A DNA stretch of 64,000 nt from Octopus vulgaris (GCA_951406725.2 OX597828.1:7068001-7132000), one strand, 5' to 3'. Shown: positions 25,335 through 39,277, numbered from the stretch's first letter. Notes: a model not told the origin generated them from the sequence alone. Program-made: numbers and translations.

Positions 25335-25547
25335 TTAACCCATTTGCATTAAAACTGGTCATATTCAGCCAAAATATTCTTCTATGTTCAGCCTAACCAG
25401 ATCTAGCCTCTCACACCTACTCTCTGAAGTTAGTCTAAAAATAATCACATAAAATCTCAAGGTTACAAGATAATGCTGGATAAACCCAAAACAATGAATA
25501 AATTACGTGTTACATTTGATAGAATAATCTGAATGTTATGAGGTTAA
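25335..25547 (-). mobile_element. piggyBac-like MITE
   Basis: TTAACCCATTTGCATT ... GAATGTTATGAGG-TTAA, reverse of the 7952 family. Confidence 0.65.
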
Positions 25548-25564
25548 ACCAGGTTTGGTTATTT

Positions 25565-25745
25565 TCAATCACCATTTAGCACCCACTTTCCATACTGGCA
25601 TGGGTTAGACAGTTTTGACTAGAACTGGTAAGATGGAGAGCTGCACCAGGTTCCCATCTGTTTTGGATTGGCTTCTACAAATTGATGGCCTTCCTAATGC
25701 CAACCACTCCCAAAGTGTACTGGGTGCCTTTTATATGTCACTGGC
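25565..25745 (-). mobile_element. Meta-like/RTE-tail SINE
   Basis: TTTCCATACTGGCATGGGTTAGAC...GCTGCACCAGG...CCTTCCTAATGCCAACCACTCC. Confidence 0.7.
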
Positions 25746-26479
25746 AAAATAGGTGTCAATGCAGAATATACAATATATATTTGAAACCGGACCATTCCAA
25801 CACATTACAAATCATATCTTGAAGCTAATCCACACCTGTTGTTCATAGTGCAGACAATGTTATGTCCCAGGTCCCTAACTGAATAACTGCAAAGGATTTA
25901 AAATGAAACAAATCCAGCATTCTAAGAACAATGACAGTGTTAGCTTTACCTCTGAATTAGATAAACCCATTAAAACCAGAGAAAATTATCTTTACTCAAC
26001 TAAATCATTGGTAGACTTTGAAATAATGATTAGCTTCACACCCTATTAGTTAGAATGGCTTGATAGAGTCAAACAATTCTCTGCCCAAAACTTGAGTTTT
26101 GTGATTTTTAGAAATGAGACATCTAATGGTGGGTTGCTTTTACTTAGAGAGAATACACTTAGTGAAAATCCTAGCTGCACCCACAAGCTAGAATCAAATT
26201 TATAAGGACTTCAAGGGAAAGGGGTGATTTATTTTCTTGTTTCCAAGAGCTTTTAGCAGCAAGGTGTCTATAAAAATACCAAAGCAAAATCAAATGCATT
26301 TCAACAATTTCATAATCAGGATTACCAACAAGTTAAACACTAGAGAGAAGATGGTGTAATAATAGAATAGGAAGTGAATACAAGCATCACTTTCGTTCCT
26401 GGAGCATTCATGAAGTGAAATGGCAACGAACCGGATCAGAAATTGATTACCACATCACCGCTTTCCAGCATTTCCTTCT

Positions 26480-26740
26480 GATATTTATCTCTAGATTGTA
26501 GCCATACTGGGGCACCACCTTGAAGAATTTTTGCTAAGTTACAGACTAAACACCAGCACCGTTTGCCAAGTGGTGCTGGACAAACAGACACACACGACTG
26601 GCCTCTTTTACTTTCCATCTACCAAATCCATTCACGAGGCTAGAGTAGAAAACACTTGTCCATGGTGCCATGCAGTGGGAGTGAACCCAGAACTATGTAG
26701 TTGGGAAAATAAACTTCTTACCACGTAGCCACGCCTGCAC
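26480..26740 (-). mobile_element. tRNA/CORE-like SINE with internal deletions
   Basis: CTACCAAATCCA...ACACTTGTCCATGGTGCCATGCAGTGGGAGTGAACCCAGAAC...CTTCTTACCAC. Confidence 0.75.
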
Positions 26741-28329
26741 CTATATTTGTGCATGAATAACAATTCTACACCAAAACAATAAACTGTATTCCATGAGGAT
26801 TCAGATACATTACATAAAAACATCCATCATATGACAAGGCTAAAAATAGGTACCATTTACTGAATCATAATTTAAAATAAATGCCATGCCAAGGATAGCT
26901 GCTTTTTGCAAGATACTCATTGAATTAGAGTTGTGGGGAAAGTTTCATAGCTTTGCTAGTTTAAAACAAAAATATCACATTGTTCTCCAGTCTAATAGTT
27001 AATAGGAAGGGCATTAAGCAACAACAGCTTTAACATGGTACCAACTCAGTATCTTTGCAGGATAAGGGATGCATGAATTATGATATAATGGGATCGAAAT
27101 CAAAGCCATTATCAAACCAATATGTGGCTGAGCAACTCTGAAGAAACATAAGCCAAATTACCCTCATATATATCTTTTTAAAGGAGACATTTGATAATGG
27201 TTCTAGATATACAATGCCTGACAGGAAAAAAACAAAAAAAAAAAACTATATGGATTGTCAAGGCTGGAACGCTGTCGATGATAAATTTATGGCCATGATC
27301 TGGAAAAATACAACAAAAACTAATCGTATTAATGATACAGTTCTGCAGTGAATGCACATACACTATTGTGTCCACTTTTTCACACTGGAATAGGTTAGGC
27401 AACACTCAAGGTGGATTTTCTACAAACCAGAAGCACTTTCTGTCAGCAATCCATAACTTTTTCTAGTATTTTCATTCCACATAATGGAATGGAGATTAAA
27501 CTGTTTTTGCTTAGGCAGTGTTAATAAGGATATGATAACATGATGACCAGTTCACAAAACATATGTACATGCAAGCAGAAAATTTTACAGTATAACATTT
27601 ATTATAGAAATAATGGAAAGACGTGCTAGAGTCATATGCATATCATTAAGCCGCTATAAAAAAAAAATTTTTTAAAGCAGTTTACACTAGGTTTTGAACT
27701 AAGAATCTACGTATCTACTCAATATTTCAGCCAATTTATTCATTTTAATTTAAGCATTCTAATTGAAATGACATTCTAATTGAATGAGTGACACAAATAT
27801 TGAACGCATTACACCCATCTGATATTTCAGACCTCTCTCTCTCTCTCTCTGAGCTAATAACTGGCTCAAATGTCACATGGGTGAAAATGGAAACAGTCAA
27901 GTCTCTCTTCCTAATGTATTTCATGCAAATGGATGGAATGGAATCTTTAAGAAAAAAAAAAAAACAGCATTCCTCAGACTTTTAAATTATTTATACATTC
28001 TTGTACATTTGCAGTAAAAAATAATGGCCATTTTAGTTCAGATTCTTTTAATTCATTTAAATTTTATTTCATTCTGAAATCATTTTCATTATGGTTACAT
28101 GTATGTTGTAATAAGAGATTTGTATATCAAAGAATTTATTCAATAAATGCTACAACTTAAGTTTAAGATAGAGAATTTGTGGAACTGTACCTCTACTAAA
28201 GGAATTCACATTCCTTTAATTAATAAATATATATATGTATACATACATAACAATGGACAATAAGATGGTAGAATTAGCGAAAAGAGATTTATGGGTAATC
28301 TCACCAGTTTGATAGTTCTCTTTGAACAC

Positions 28330-30170
28330 GAAGGATCAAGGTGCAACAGGCGTAGCATGGTTTGGTAAAATAATCTCCATAATTATTTTAAAAAGTCATT
28401 CTTCAGAAATAGCATCAACATAGAAGTGTGAGAAACAGGAGGAGTGTAACCGAGACCTGAAAACTTGCGGCTGATTATGTAAGCTGAACTATTTCACTTT
28501 GGAGATAGTGACTAAGATGACAAATCACAAAACGAGAGTGTCTGCTACTCTTAATACATTTTCTGAACTAGAGTAGAACTTGTTTATGAGTCATTAATCA
28601 CATGGATGTACATATTTTATAGTGACAACTCTGGAGCAAAATTTGAAAGACAGAAATAACTGAAAAGTTTTAGTTGAGAACAGAAACTGAATAGATCGAA
28701 GCACTTTTTTTTAGAAGAATTTCCTATAGTATTTTCAGGAAAATTCTGTTAAGAGCTAACAATACTGACTTCCATATTGTTTGGTTGGTTTTCTTGCCTT
28801 GCCCATTATCTCAAAGCTGTTAAGAGGTGATTCTATCAAACAATGGATGGAAAGGTGAAATTGGTAAAAGCAAAAAAACAATCAAATGCCATTAAGATAT
28901 TTGATTTACTGTCTAGATCCCACTCAATCCAACGAGATCCAGTCCATAGCTTCTGTAGCCTTTGCAATGTGTTCTGTATGTCTGAAATTTAGGCTTTAGT
29001 TTGGTGTCTATTTTTGCAATCTTAAATTTTACCAGCATTCTTAAGAGATGGAATATTCTTTACCTCTACAAAATTTAATGTTCAGTTGGACAATTGTTAG
29101 TGTAATAGCATATTTGAGAAAATATATGAGTACACATTCTCTTTTCTACTAAGATAAATGTTATAGCTAAGTTCAACTCTCCAGAGTAATATTGTCATTT
29201 CACATGTGAGTGAATAAGGTAAACACAAATACTCAATTGGTCTGTAATGAGGGTGTTGCTATTTATGTAAGCACACAACAGTTGCAGCAGCTTTTCAATA
29301 TAATACATTATCATTGACTGAGATTATATATACATATAATCATTGACCGAGAAAATGACAATTGGATGTCAGATTGATGATAATGTGGTTGAAAGTTACC
29401 CAAAGACGCAGGAGTAGCTGTGTGGTAAGTAGCTTGCTTACCAACCACATGGTTCCGGGTTCAGTCCCACTGCGTGGCACCTTGGGCAAGTGTCTTCTCC
29501 TATAGCCTCGGGCCAACCAAAGCCTTGTGAGAGGATTTGGTAGATGGAAACTGAAAGAAGCCCGTCGTATATATGTATATATATGTGTGCGTGTCTGTGT
29601 TAGTCCCCCTAGCATTGCTTGACAATCGATGCTGGTGTGTTTATGTCCCCGTCACTTAGCGGTTTGGCAAAAGGGGCCGATAGAATAAGTACTGGGCTTA
29701 CAAAGAATAAGTCCCGGGGTCGATTTGCTCGACTAAAAGGCGGTGCTCCAGCATGGCCACAGTCAAATGACTGAAACAAGTAGAAAGAGTAGTATGGTCT
29801 GGACTGTAAAAAGAAATCTTCAAAACCATGAAAGCAAGCATAACCATTGTTTTCACAGATACAGCTTTTTGAGTAAAGGGAAACAGTGGTTGTGTTTTAT
29901 TAGGAGTCTTTATGAAGTAGAGACAGTACCCAACAAGCAACCCAATGATATTTTCAAGTTCCTTTTTAGAGGAAACACTTTTCATTTTAACAGGAAGTAA
30001 CCTACCATAATCAGGTGTTATTTTATGGTCTTTAAACACAATCACCAAGTCTGTTTTCACCAAAACTTTTTTGGTTAAACAGAATTATGTCTTAGATATT
30101 ATCAAAATGTTCACATATCTGTCTGAATCTTTAGAGTTAGCACACTATGTCATGTGAATACATGTCAGTG
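28330..30170 (-). mobile_element. Decayed Gypsy/Ty3 LTR-retrotransposon pol remnant, interrupted by a SINE
   Basis: Minus-strand fragments occur in the expected order: KELENIIGLLVGY..NKTQPL.FP (RT connection), TLITDQ (~29237-29254), WRVELS (~29166-29184, RNase H), KATEAMDWISLD*VG (~28919-28966, integrase start) and TIWKSVLLAL (~28751-28780). Many stops and frameshifts. Confidence 0.7.
29405..29790 (+). mobile_element. Full-length young tRNA-derived SINE with CORE-like segment (cf. octopus OR-type SINEs)
   Basis: A-box-like TAGCTGTGTGG and B-box-like GGTTCAGTCCC, CORE-like GGCACCTTGGGCAAGTG, internal (TA)(TG) tract, 3' tail ...CAGTCAAATGACTGAAACAAG. CpGs are retained. It serves as the reference for about 15 copies in the window. 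Confidence 0.9.
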
Positions 30171-32360
30171 GACATAAGGTTGATGGAATAATGTAAATAA
30201 ACCACAGAAGCCTATCGTGTGTGTGTGCGCAGGTACATCAGTGTCACTGTCAAAATGGTAACATATCTATCAAATGGTTAAGTAGTAGATTGAAATAAGT
30301 ACAAGGTTTGACTAAGCTGCATCTTAATGATTGAAACCTAAAAGATTAAAAACAAAAATGAATAAGAGGGCTTATTTAATTAAAAGATGAATGAATAACA
30401 TTGATCTATATATTGCTGTAATAGACAGAACATGCTTATTTCACTTTCCTAACAGACGGCATACTAAACGTACACATCTATTGCTAAATGGGAAATCACT
30501 GTAGCTGGGGGAACAATAGCTTTGACTATGTTTAAGCTATAAATTAGTAATACTGACTGTGGGGTTTAGGACTAATATTGACCACATGGTCCATAATTAC
30601 ATAGCAGCAAATGTATCCTGAGGCAAGGTACATTACTTTGTCTAGTCAAGAACTGGTTCTACTATTTCATATTTGAGACGGGGTCATCAGCTCATCCAGT
30701 GAAAAAGTCTGCAGATGCTGAAGAGAAGCAATGAGGTGGAATTAATAATTTGTGGGCTTGTAGGTAGAAGAACACAAGTGAGCTAGACATTGAAAAGCCA
30801 ACTTGTGCAGGAGAAATGACCAGAGGTATTTAACAAGTCAGATGATATAAGAAATTTTGAGTGAAAAAGTGATGAGTAGCATAGGTACAGTAATCCCAGA
30901 TGTGAGCTGTGAGATGAAAGGATGAAATAGGTCAATTTGGTGCAAAGTACTTACAGAAGAAAAAGATTGTGAAAGGAAGTGATTAATGCTGACCCAATGA
31001 CTACCCACACAATGGATGCATACAAACCAATATCTAAACAAAATATCTTATAGAATAACTATTTCCTAGAAGTACATGAAAAAAAGTACATTATACCTTG
31101 AATAGAGTTATTTTACAATAAAGAACTCAAATGCATAATTAACATTTTTAAAAATGGTAAAAATCATTAGATTAAAACAAACAATACTGATCAAGGATCA
31201 ACGAATAAAATACCAGACATGCAGAATCCTTCTCATGAAAGTGTTGAACAAGTATCACCTTGCACATCTGCAAACAAGGTATTTAGGAAAGTTCCGTGTA
31301 AATGTATGTCAATGTGTGCTAGGAGAGTTAACATGATTATGTACAACATCTGAGTTATGGTATCCTGTACGTCTGCATTCTACAGTTGCAGAACATGGGT
31401 AGTGCAAAGGGAATAGTAAGCATTCAGGCTTTTGTGTAAAGCATAAAATAAGTCAAAACACTATTTTTATTTCTTTAATTTCTATATATTGTGTTCTAAT
31501 GAAGGAATGAAAGAGAAGCAAGAAAGATTCAACAAATGCTACTATTGTCAAAATATTTTGGTCATGACAGAACTATAACAAGATGAACAACAAAGACAGG
31601 TTTTTAATCTGAAAATCCAATCTAACCACAGTGGGGGATGAAAAAAGTATTGGTTACCAACAATAAAATTAAATGTTGCATTTTTGAGAAAAAGGAAAAA
31701 GAATTTCTCATGAAATGGCTAATAGGCTGGCACTAAGGAATACACCATAAATATTGATTTAAGAAATTAAGTAATGAGAGAGAATCTTTAATTAGGTTAA
31801 GAGAGTAGCTACAGCAAATAGAATGAGAAATCTGCAGCTGAGGTGGTCTTGTGTTTCTCAAAGACATTAAAAAAAAGCTACAACAGGTTCCATTCTTAGA
31901 AGAAAAACAATATAAAGAGGAAAAAAATAGTTAATTGAACTGTTAGCTCCAATAATAAACATTCTCACAGCATTATCAGTTACAACTGTAATGAACACTT
32001 CTCAAATAACTGCTGCTACTACCACCACCATGGTCAGTCTACTGACCACAAGAACAGGGATTTATATCTATATTTATTCCAAGTATTTTTAACAAAAACA
32101 AAAAATCCATATTCAAATCAGAAATACTTTAGTAAAAATTTGACAGATGTGTAATATAAGAAAAAAAGGCTGTGTACACACTGCCAGTGAACGTGAATAC
32201 ACACATCACATACAAGCTGAATGTGTGTGTGATTACATACAAATATCAGCGCAAGTGTGCATATGTATACAAGGACACAGCATGCATGTGTGAACAGACA
32301 GGCACTGAGTATGTACACATGAACAATAGACACATGTACATGTACACTATCTTGGTGTCA

Positions 32361-32718
32361 TGGTACTCCAATTACAACAAGGGTTCCAGTTGAACCAATC
32401 AACGGAACAGCCAGCTCGTGAAATTAATGTGCAAGTGGCTGAGCACTCCACAGACAAGTACCCTAACGTAGTTATCGGGGAGATTTAGCTTGACACAGAG
32501 CGACAAGGCTGGCTCTTTGAAATACAGAAACAGGAAGGAAGGGTGAGAGAGAAAACTGGTGAAAGAATACAGCAGGGTTTGCTACCACCCCTTGCCAGAA
32601 CCTTGTAGGGATTTAGGTGTTTTTGCTCTATAAACTCACAGCGCTCAGTCTGGGAATCAAAACCATGATCCTATAACCGCATCTCCGCTGCCCTAACCAC
32701 TAGGCCATTGCACCTCCA
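32361..32718 (-). mobile_element. tRNA-derived SINE, a distinct family
   Basis: Minus strand begins TGGAGGTGCAATGGCCTAGTGGTTAGGGCAGCGG (A box) ...GGTTTTGATTCCCAG (B box), followed by about 280 bp of non-tRNA body. Confidence 0.75.
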
Positions 32719-33646
32719 CATTTTGGTGTACACACAGTATGTATGACTACATGTGCCCTGGCATGCACATCAGGAAAGGTATATGTACCAGGGTAATGGG
32801 TGCACCAGAACAGTAATATGAGCCCAGACATACCAAGACTAATGAATATGTACTAAGATGTATATGTGAATGAAACTAGATATCTAGAGATGTATGTATG
32901 CACACATATACACACACACACATTTCGGTTTTGTATTTGATTCACAAGATTCATGTGAATGTGTGTACTGAAACAAATTTTGTTGTCTTGGTTGAGTCAT
33001 AACACCAATAATGACACTTGCATAGGTTCAATTCCACTTTATCATTAGTCCCAGAGTTAAATATCGAACCAACTTTAACACAGTTAAATCAAGTGGTTGT
33101 CCATTCATCTATATTTATAGAGATAGATGTGCAAGTTGTCCCCAAAAATGCTCTGTGCATGTGTAAGATGTGTGTATATGGGGACAAATTACATCCCCAG
33201 CTTTAGACATACGAATATTTTATATGCACATACAATCCCAGTTAACAATGAAGCAAAACTCCACAGGACTCGTGGTTCTATTTAGATGAATATCAAATCT
33301 AAAAGACTGATTTTCCTTTTATTCATTATGCCATGTAAATAGAGCCATCTTAAAACGGTTCTGTATCTGATATCCATTTGTAAGGAAACAAAAGTCTTTC
33401 CCAGAACAAACTCACAAAAGCTATTGGATGGGGATGGAGTTCCATTAATCTAATCACAGCCGTCACTTTCCCAAGAGCCTACAAAGTACGTTGGCCATTT
33501 AAAAATAGCAGCCAAATCTCAGTCACCTCTATTCTCTTTGTAGCAGAAAAGGTTTGTTTTCCAGTACTCTTCAAAAAGATGGAACATTTCATATCTGCTC
33601 AATCAGGTTTGATTTGAGATTAAATAGATCAAGTGTTCATACTGCC

Positions 33647-33860
33647 TTAACCCTTTAGTATTCGGATTACTGTCAACTGTAACATTCCTTCACATTGTTT
33701 TGAATTAATCATGCATAATCTTGTGGCTTCAGAATTTGAATAATTTGATTATTTTTAAAATGACATTGTGGGGTTGGTGCGAAAGGCCAGATATGGCCAG
33801 CTTGAACACAAAACAGAATATTTGGGCTGGATATGGCTGGTTTAAGTGCTAAGAAGTTAA
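33647..33860 (+). mobile_element. piggyBac-like MITE
   Basis: TTAA-CCCTTTAGTATT ... AGTGCTAAGAAG-TTAA, colinear with the 7952 copy. Confidence 0.75.
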
Positions 33861-35017
33861 AAAAATATGATGTACTGACAGAAACTTTTTTTCATGCATC
33901 TATAGGCAAGATCTGGATTACAGACTGTATAATCTATAGATTATTTGTGTAAAAAGAAAAAAAAAAGGTGTGTGGGAAAGTACAGAGCTTGAACTAAAAT
34001 TCACTCATTGTGTAGCACCAGCCAACAAATGGCTATGATTCACACAAACAATTAACTCAACATCCTGGTTATGCATTTAAAACAAGGTGTGGAGATATCC
34101 AGCTTTAGTTCTAATTCAGATAGATCAATGTTTATGTCCATGGTTATATAATCTTAGATTATGCTATTACACATGAACACCCAATTCATAACTTGATGTT
34201 GTTGGAGAAGACTAGCCCACTATATTATGAAATACACATCAAACAAGTCTGGAGAACCCCAAGTAACTATGTGGAGTGGAGTAGAAACTCATGCTATCCC
34301 TCTAACATTCACAGGATGGAGAATAATTGGTACCAAAAGGATTCAGCTTAATGTAACAATGAAATACAAACCTTATACTACATGTCCCCATCTTTGTTCA
34401 GTGAAAATATTAACTGTACCAGATTAGAGTTTTGCAAGAAATTCCTTACTTGGTCAACTTTTCTAAAAACAAATTAATAATGAGGTAATGGGTTACATGA
34501 AAATGATATATCAAGCCCAAGAGGGCTAGAAATATAATTTTCTACCTCAGGGTATGCACTGATGAGTACAATCATAAGTTACATATATATTTAGGCTACT
34601 GTTCATATTATTATATGCAGGTATGTGGATTCAGCCAGCAATAATTAAGGATATTTGCCCTGTGCACAGTACAACTATCAACAACTAACATATTAGTGAA
34701 TGTTAAGTATGTATGTGTGCACATTTGTGCACAAGGTTATCATTCACAATACAGAAGGAAAAAAAAAAATCAGCTTCTTCCCACCCCTTACATCCTAAAT
34801 TTTTATTTTAAATTAAAACGAGAAAGAGTTAATGAAAAAGTTATGTGTGCGTGTGCATGCACACGCACACACACGTGAAAAATTTCATTGATGTATATAT
34901 ATACTTAGCACTTCTTGCCAATATTTCGTCCACCCAAAACATTGAAAAATCAATATTATACACTAAAAAAAATTTGTCATTCAATAAAAAAACTTTCAAA
35001 TAAGTGAGCAAAGCATC

Positions 35018-35049
<32 letters not shown>

Positions 35050-36489
35050 CTATCATTACGTATTAGTAAGATGCTTAGACTATGATTTGATGCCAACATT
35101 TTCGGAGTGTTTGACGTGAAATCCATTTGAAAAAGAAAAAAGGTTTTAATGGATTGAATATAAATGTTGAACGTACTGTACTAGTTTATATAACTAGTAG
35201 TTTGTAAAATGGATTTCATGCAAAGAACAAACCATTTGCAACTATTAAGAAATATATTGAAGATCCATAATCTACAAACTAGCGTAGAAAGCCAAATTTT
35301 ATTGCAATGGACTTGAAAGCTAGTGACATATGACCCTAAAAGCTGTTGTAGCAAATATAAGGAAGAAATTGAGGACCAAAAGGAACTTAATAGCAGCTGA
35401 GCTTAAAATCAATATAAGCTTTTTAAAAGAGATAAAAGCTTTCTATTGAACTGAAGTGATTTCACAGACAAAAGCTGAAAAACCAAAATTAGACCAAAGA
35501 TTTCTAACATTTAAATGCAGAAAGAAAAATGCCTATCAACTGAGAAGACGAAAGTCTCGGAATATTATTTCTGTATGAGACTATCACTGGTCAATTCAGT
35601 AGATTTCTGTCAAGTGTGAGCTACCTAATCATATTGTACACTCAGAGACTGAGCTCTTAGTTACTCTGCTACTTTCAGTATTTCTCACTGAAAGTTTTTT
35701 TTGAAGTGATTTCTTCTATGTCAAGCTGATAATAAGACATATCAAGACAAACACATGAACATTACACATTGCTGCTAAATATGTACCTTCATATCATACT
35801 AATAACTAGTGAGTTCAAACTAGTGATAGACAAATATTCTAATAAAAACTAATGAGCCCCAGTGAAATATAATTATTTTGCTGCCACAGACGAGATACTC
35901 AGCCTTGAGATCTATATCTGGCTCCATTAGAGGTAACCACAATAATAATTGGTAGTGTTTCACCAAGACCCTAAATATAAGCCATTACAATACAGTTAAT
36001 ATTCCGTCAGCACACAAAACACCAAAGTTATTGCATGATTGATACATAAGCTTTATGCATTGTTTAACTGAAATATCCTGCATTTCCAGGTCACTAATGT
36101 TTTTAGGGCTTGTAAAATATGTAGTTTAGGTTTTCAGTTTCAGACCCACTGCAAAATCTTTCATAGCAAAACACTGAAATTAGCAAACAAAACAGATTAA
36201 AATTAGCTAATATTGATTTATGAGTATAGGCCACTAGTACAATTAGCTCTGGTTTTAACAGGTAAATGGCATCAGGTTCTCCGTACCATTAGACTAAGTC
36301 TACAGGAGGATCCATTTTCCCACCCAACAGCCATGTGAACTGGAGCAATATAGAATAATTTCATTTTCAAGAAACAAATTTTGTTATTTTTGAGAAACAG
36401 AAGCAACTGTGTTTCTTTTTAGAGCCAGTAAGGTGTTCACATTCATACATTTGGGGCATCAAAAGGAAAGATTTATTTCAAGGTGCCTG

Positions 36490-37040
36490 TTTGAAGAAGT
36501 TAGTTTCACAAATGGTTCACTGCATGGTACCTCAGGGAAGTGTCTTCTATCACCCTGGAGCAGCTATTGCATTGTGTGGATTTGGTAATGTGGGAACTGT
36601 ATCATGCCTATTCTTGTGCATTCACATATATACATGAATCTTGATGCATTGCTTGTCACTGCTAAGCAATGCTTATGTTGAAATTCCTTGTTGACATGAC
36701 TGAGTGCCTCTACACTGGCAAACACCTGTAAAATATAAAAAATAAAATCCCTTATCTGGAAAACAGGTGAGAGTTAGTGACAGGAAGAGCATTCTGGCCA
36801 ATATATCAGTAAATTTCAGGTCGAAACCATGCTTGAAGTGGACACTAAACAAACAACTGTATGTTTACACTAGCATTTGGGTCCCTTTACATCTTGTAAC
36901 AGTTTGACAATGATCAATAAAGTATATAGCAAACTGAAATAATTACTAGGGTTGACATGATCCTTTAAAACTTTTGAAAGTCAGTACCCCCAGCATGGTT
37001 GCAATTCAATGATTGAAACCAGTGCCAGAGTAAAAGAAAA
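36490..37040 (+). mobile_element. Composite SINE (tRNA/CORE head plus Meta-like tail) followed by a CORE-family 3' half
   Basis: GGTACCTCAGGGAAGTGTCTT, then GGAAAACAGGTGAGAGTTAGTGACAGGAAGAGCATTC, then CCCAGCATGGTTGCAATTCAATGATTGAAAC. Confidence 0.55.
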
Positions 37041-39048
37041 ATTTAATTTACAACACCCCACTATCACTTAAATTTTTGTTGCAAATTTTCAAATGTCTTC
37101 ATTAAATTCATGGATCAAATATATGAGTTTCTCTTTAAAATCTCCCTAGTTTTTACTCCAGACAATGTAACATCCTTTCAAGTTATTGGTGATGGTATAA
37201 TCTACTTCAACATCTACAAATATGACATACCATTGTCCACATACACCTTTTAGTTCTGTTGACACCATTCCACCTAAGGCTGCCTTTCATATCCTTTAAA
37301 ATCTTTATCAAAACAAAAATTTCAAGTAAAAACAGAATGTCATATTTCATGTGAAATATGGTCACTAAACACTTCAAGCACTCAAATGGTAGGGGCTTGG
37401 CACCAGTTTCTGCAGTATTAAAGCAGATTCCTCAAGATTTAACACTAAAGTATGGCAGAGTAATTCCAATTTTACCCGTTTCGTCAGCATCAAAGTAGAA
37501 CGAGCAGAGTATGTATGCGTGAAGAGAAAGGAACTGTATATTAAGTTATCTGTGCAGAAGAGGAACCTGCACAACTATGGTAGATGCTATATTGATATAA
37601 AACACATACTTGAAGTTTCTAGTTTATGGAAGATAAAAATGAGAGGAATACCAAAGAAAACAGATTTTAAGAGGCTAGGTAAAGAGACAGAGAGATGCTG
37701 TACTGTAAAACGTTTCCAATTAAAGGAAACAGCTAGCATTGAACCTGTGATGTTTATGTTAATAAAGCGTCTGCAAGTAGGCGTTTAAGGGATTGCAGTA
37801 AAAGAAATTAGTCTGGTTGAGTAGCGGCCTACGAAACAAACTAGGTTTTCAGAGAAAACCTAACAATCAGCTGTCAAACTAATACCTCAATAAGCTGTGT
37901 AGTCCTGTTCCCAAAAGGAGTAAATGACGAACAAGCAGTTGGAAATTAGGAAATCATTCATTGCTTCAACTAGGTACAAGCGTTGCTAAAACTATTCCAC
38001 TCAAATGACAGCAGAGAGAAAGTTAACTTTTAAAAAGTGACTATATTCGAGTGAAATAATCGTCCCTACTTTGTACATTCTGGGGATGAAGAACAAAAAC
38101 TCGAGATTTGAAATGAAAAAAAAAAAAAGTCTAAACTTTCTTTCCAATCTGTTTTTGCAAAGAAATTCAAGAACCGATTGGAAATAATTCTAGAAACAGC
38201 TGAAATAAGAAACATAACCGACTTCTGCAGAATACGATCCTACAAAGCAAGATTCCTGTTGGCTGTTCTACTCTGTTTAGGACCTCTGAACAACAACAAT
38301 GTAGAATAATACAACAGCATCGTTCCAATAAAATCAATAGCTGGAGGAATATCAGTTGAAGTCGGTCAAAAGAGCCGGGCTGAAAGTGAAACAGGGGAGG
38401 GAATTCACAGACAACAAAAATTGAAAATCGAAAAAGGAAAAAAAAAAAAAAAAAAAGGAAAAACTAGAAAAAATAAACCAGATCTGCTCTTGAACAACAA
38501 ACATCAGCTCGAGGGAAGAAAGAAGAAAAAACAAATAAACCTGCAAACTGTCCTATTTGCTAGAAAATTCTAATAGGACGATTCTAGTGAGACCTGATGC
38601 CTCCTAACTGATATAAATAAATGAGTGTCTTCAGGCCAACGAAATAATTAGGCTGTTACTAGTACACGAGAACTATTCAGGTAGTTTTCGTTGGTATGAA
38701 GATTATGATAATGGCTGTGAGAGGAATTCTTCCATTTGAACGACATACACTAAGTTTTAATTACGTTACCCATTGATTATATACGTATGTACATATACAT
38801 ATATACGCTTTATATACGGTAATTGCAGCCAAGGATAAACGACCTTCAAAACCGCATGCACACACAATGATGTATTTGTAGAGACGAGCATAAAGTGGAG
38901 ATGTGAATTGTTCATACAATAGAGATATGTAACATGCAGATAGTGTAAGCACAGTTTTCGTTTGGTGTGTGTACACAACATAATATCAAGCACGCACGCG
39001 CGCACAGATAATTCAACCGAGTACTTTTAGTAGTTACTACACAACTAG

Positions 39049-39277
39049 ATAGGAAGAAAACCGAAAGAGGGTGAGATGGGGAGAGAGAGGAGAGATGGGG
39101 AGTGAGAAAGGAGAGAGAGGGGGGAGTGAAAGAGGAGAGAGATGTGGAGTGAAAGAGGAGAGAGATGGGGAGTGAGAGAGAAGGATGGGATGAGAGAAGG
39201 AGAGAAGGATGGGATGAGAGAAGGAGAGAGGTGAGAGGGTGAGAGAAGGAGAGAGGTGAGAGAAGGAGAGAGAGAGA

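Noticed and set aside
29405-29480. tRNA-like sequences here and at 32640-32718 and 10425-10490
   Set aside because: These are SINE heads. They lack a complete cloverleaf and continue into repeat bodies.
36723-36750. Minus-strand acceptor TTTTATTTTTTATATTTTACAG|GTGTTT as mex3 exon 2 or a ratchet point
   Set aside because: The downstream sequence does not encode CKIKALR, the donor GTGTTT is weak, and it lies within a SINE.
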